Source: Candidatus Bathyarchaeota archaeon (GTDB lineage Archaea > Thermoproteota > Bathyarchaeia > 40CM-2-53-6). From it: a stretch of 64,000 nt of DNA. How positions within the stretch are numbered: position 1 is the first letter of the stretch; every line of letters starts with the position of its first letter. Below, one piece after another: positions 60,950 to 64,000 of this stretch. The stretch covers positions 91,033 through 155,032 of the forward strand of contig CAVPLU010000009.1 of the NCBI GenBank assembly GCA_963706285.1, read 5' to 3'. Under the pieces are notes generated by a model. The model was not told the DNA's origin, did no database searches, and saw only the letters and a program-made list of their open reading frames with translations. Made by a program: the position numbers and the translations under genes.

Positions 60950-63369
60950 TTACAATCCGAGTCTTCTGAACACGTAGTGTTTCGGCAAATCTATGCCCAA
61001 TGTGAGGGCTGCTGAATATGCAAGAATGAAGAGGACCTCGAATATTGTAAGTTGCGGCACAATGACACCGTACACTCCTAGCAACGCGAAGCCGATTATG
61101 GTGGCCGTGCTTGCGATTAGTAGTTCCCTGCCAGGCCACGATGACCAGGAGTGCCTTCTCTCGCGGACGATGTATATTCTGAACTGGCTTGTGAATATGA
61201 GCATCAACATTACGTAGCTCTGGAGTTCTCCCCATTTCAGGCCGAAGTAATCTATGCCGACCAGAACCGCAACAGCACCGCCGGCGACCAGCAAGACGCC
61301 GATAACAAGCGATGCCAGAATGATTTTTTTCACGTTCCAAAGATTCGGGCTGCTTGTGTACTCAACGTTGTCAGTTGCGACAGACATTGTAACAAAGTCG
61401 TTTGCGAACACGACCAGAACCATGCCTAAGACAGAAATTATGGCGCCTTGCAGCCAGAAGTAGCCTAGGACGAGCAGGCCTACGAATTGTATGACCTTTG
61501 AGACCTTATTGATCACCCAGGTGAGCATTCGCTGGTAGATCTGCCTGCTTGTCTTTATCGTTTCGATGATTTGACGTGTGCCCGGCTCGGTTAGGACTAT
61601 GCTCGCGGACGCTTTTGCGACGTCTGTTGAGTTGCTTACCGCTATCCCGACCTCCGCTTGCTTGAGGGCTGGTGCGTCGTTGACGCCGTCTCCGGTCATT
61701 CCGACCATGTGCCCTCGGGATTGTAGAAGCTTGACGATTCTGTACTTGTCTTCTGGATATATCTCAGCAAACCCGTCGTACTCATCGAGTATCTTTGCCT
61801 GTTCGGCTTCGCTTTGGCTCTTGAGATCGGATGCTCGGTAGATCTTGTCACCAATCGATACTTGGTGTGCTATCTCCTTGGCAACCGCAATGTTATCGCC
61901 TGTGAGCATCTTCGTCTTCACTCCCAAAGTCTTGAGCTCCTCTATCACACTCTTCGAGTCTGGTCTGATGGGATCGGCCAGCGGCAGCAATCCGACGAGT
62001 TGAAAAGTGTCTGGGGCACCAGCTTCCGACTTAGCCACCGCTATTGTTCGGTAGCCCTTCTGAGATAATTCCTCTACTGCCTTGTTGGCTTGAGTTCGGG
62101 TCTCTTCACTCACGGAGTGGCAGATGGAGACTATCATTTGCGGTGCTCCCTTCGTAACTTTGAAGCGCTGTGCGCCGTGATCTATGATTGCCTCTGATCT
62201 CTTGGTTGCAGGTTCGAAGGGAGTGAACGAAACCTGTTTGTACGCGCTAGAATCTATGCCGGAAGCCTTCGCGTAGCCGATTACTGCTAGATCTATCACG
62301 TCTTTGGTTTCATCTCTGGAAGCCAAGCTTGCGAACAAGACCACGTCTTCTTTCTTGAACCCTAGAAACGATATCGGATCAGTGATAGACAGTTTGTTCT
62401 GGGTGATTGTGCCTGTCTTGTCCAGGAGGAGTACTTCCATCGATGCTGCGTCTTCGATTGAATCGAGCCTAGTCACTAGTGCGCCCTTCTCTGGATAGTT
62501 CTATTGCTCCTACGGATAGGACGACGGCGAAGACGGCTGGTAACGCGACAGGAACAGCTCCTAGGAGAAAAGTCAAGGTGAGGTTCAGAAGTGATAGGAT
62601 GTCGGCGTGCACAAGAACAGAGTCGGCGCGCAACCACGACCAACGCCGCCAAGCTCACGTACATCATGTATTTGACGACGGCCATCATTATCTGTTCTTG
62701 ATGCGATACTGGTTTAGCTATCCTGACTAGCTGGGCTGTCCTGCCGAAATATGTGTTCGCTCCTGTGTTGACTACGACGCATCTAGTCTCTCCACGCTTT
62801 ACTACGGAGCTTGAATAGACGATTCCCGATTTGCGGACGGTCACTGGAAGAGATTCGCCTGTGAGTGCTGACTGATCGACTGAGACTTCACCGTCACCTG
62901 ATACCTTGGCATCGGCTGGTACCAGATCGCCTAGTCCGATGCCAATTATGTCGCCTGGAACTAAGTTTCTGGCATCTTGAATAGTCCATTCGCCGTTGCG
63001 CAGAACCCTCGCCTTGACCGCGAGTCTCCTCTTCAGTAGGTCTAGGGCCCTCCGCGAACTGCGCGTGTGCGCGAAACCTATGATGGCATTCGTCGTGAGC
63101 AGTCCAAAGATTATCGCTAGTTCCAGATAGTGGCCTAGAATGTAGGAAAGTGCCATCGCTAATTCAAGGAGCCACGGCATCGGACCCCAGTAGCGCGACA
63201 GGAAGTCAAGGACTGGGTTCTTGTCCTTCTCGACGACCTCGTTTCGTCCAAGTCTATCGATTCGCTTCCGGACTTCCGACTCAGTGAGGCCGTTGGTGGA
63301 GGTTTCGAGTAGCCTGATTGTTTCTGCGACCGAGATCTCTTTGTATTCATTTGTACTTCTGAGGTTCAC
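60950..63369 (-). CDS. Plasma-membrane-type proton P-type ATPase (type IIIA; two indels near 62490 and 62630)
   Basis: WGPMPW, DQSALTGES, VPVALP, DKTGT, KGAP, TGDN, GDGVNDAP, TM6 ND. Confidence 0.9.
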
Positions 63370-63596
63370 GCGGGGAACAAACTCCTGACTTAATCACACT
63401 TTTGAGAGATTTCGGCTCCAGAGATCGCCTGTTGGACCAAATCGATTAGTAATCCAATGGGCTTCAGTATCTTCTTTGCTAATTTCGAAAGGCCCGCTGG
63501 GTCTTATGATGCGTGACGGAGGGTTGCGTGGACCCCGGGCAATTCCGAAGCTTTTTTCAGTTCAAGCTATCATCTTGACGCGTACGGTCGTTAAAC

Positions 63597-63860
63597 ATGT
63601 CGCGGATCACCTTCAGGGCCCCGCTCTTCTACTCTATGCTGAGTCTCGGTCTTCTTACGATGGTAACAGGTTTCATCCTGTACCTGTGGCCTCATGGTCC
63701 CCGTTCGGGTCAACTCATGTTCTTGGGACTCGACAAGAGCGGATGGGGAACGTGGCACACATACATCACGCTCATCGCCATCGCCCTGATACTCGTGCAT
63801 TTGGTAGAGAACAGGAAGTGCGTAGACGTCTACGTTAAGACCACTCTCGAGAAAGCTTGA
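63597..63860 (+). CDS. DUF4405-like small membrane protein
   Basis: TG-x-IL...W-x-x-x-H...HL-x-x-N two-His membrane pattern. Confidence 0.75.
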   Translation: MSRITFRAPLFYSMLSLGLLTMVTGFILYLWPHGPRSGQLMFLGLDKSGWGTWHTYITLIAIALILVHLVENRKCVDVYVKTTLEKA

Positions 63861-64000
63861 CCACATGAGTGCCCATACTATCCCGAGAAAGACATCTCGA
63901 AAATAGGAGCATAAACTTCACTGCTATCCTGTGCGTGTCTGTACAGAATTTTACCGGGAGTTGAATGGTTGAAATGCTCGCCTGCATTCGCCAAGACTTT

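Noticed and set aside
6723-63369. Frameshifts as BHB introns in mRNAs, programmed frameshifts or Sec/Pyl readthrough
   Set aside because: Junctions inspected are fixed by single-base changes, with no extra intervening sequence, BHB motif or shared slippery site, and no in-frame continuation past the stops
1-64000. CRISPR array or rRNA genes
   Set aside because: No regularly spaced repeats or rRNA signature sequences seen

Overview
Archaeal chromosomal segment of TACK type. Unsplit rpoB, fused rpoA'+A'', Alba, a thaumarchaeal-like NuoD and a Zn-insert PriS are most consistent with Bathyarchaeia (inference). Positions 1-53,000 are mostly housekeeping: TBP, Alba, rpl10e, ppsA, dph2-METTL5-csl4-rpoL-TFS-PCNA-priL-priS-GINS, rps12, nuoBCDI-sufSU, rpoH-B-A-rpl30e-nusA, hflX, rpl44e-rps27e-aIF2a-nop10, aglB and an ABC-2 exporter. 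From ~53,100 there is a probable integrated element (atypical tyrosine recombinase, divergent regulators, Orc1/Cdc6), followed by metal/redox/pH-stress genes. Highlights: (1) a winged-helix + ATP-cone + class III ribonucleotide-reductase-fold protein that lacks the glycyl-radical Gly and both catalytic Cys and lies divergent from a nucleoside phosphorylase, a candidate pseudoenzyme nucleotide-sensing transcription factor; (2) a tRNA-Glu(UUC) gene with four BHB introns, one splitting the anticodon; (3) a tRNA-Leu(UAG) gene with three introns of exactly 31 nt each; (4) a shared ATRAC-N4-GTYAT palindrome linking a Cys/His-tailed HTH regulator to nuoBCDI and sufSU. About a dozen genes carry single-base indels that look like long-read consensus errors. 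No rRNA or CRISPR array was seen. All calls come from manual motif recognition; no database searches were run.
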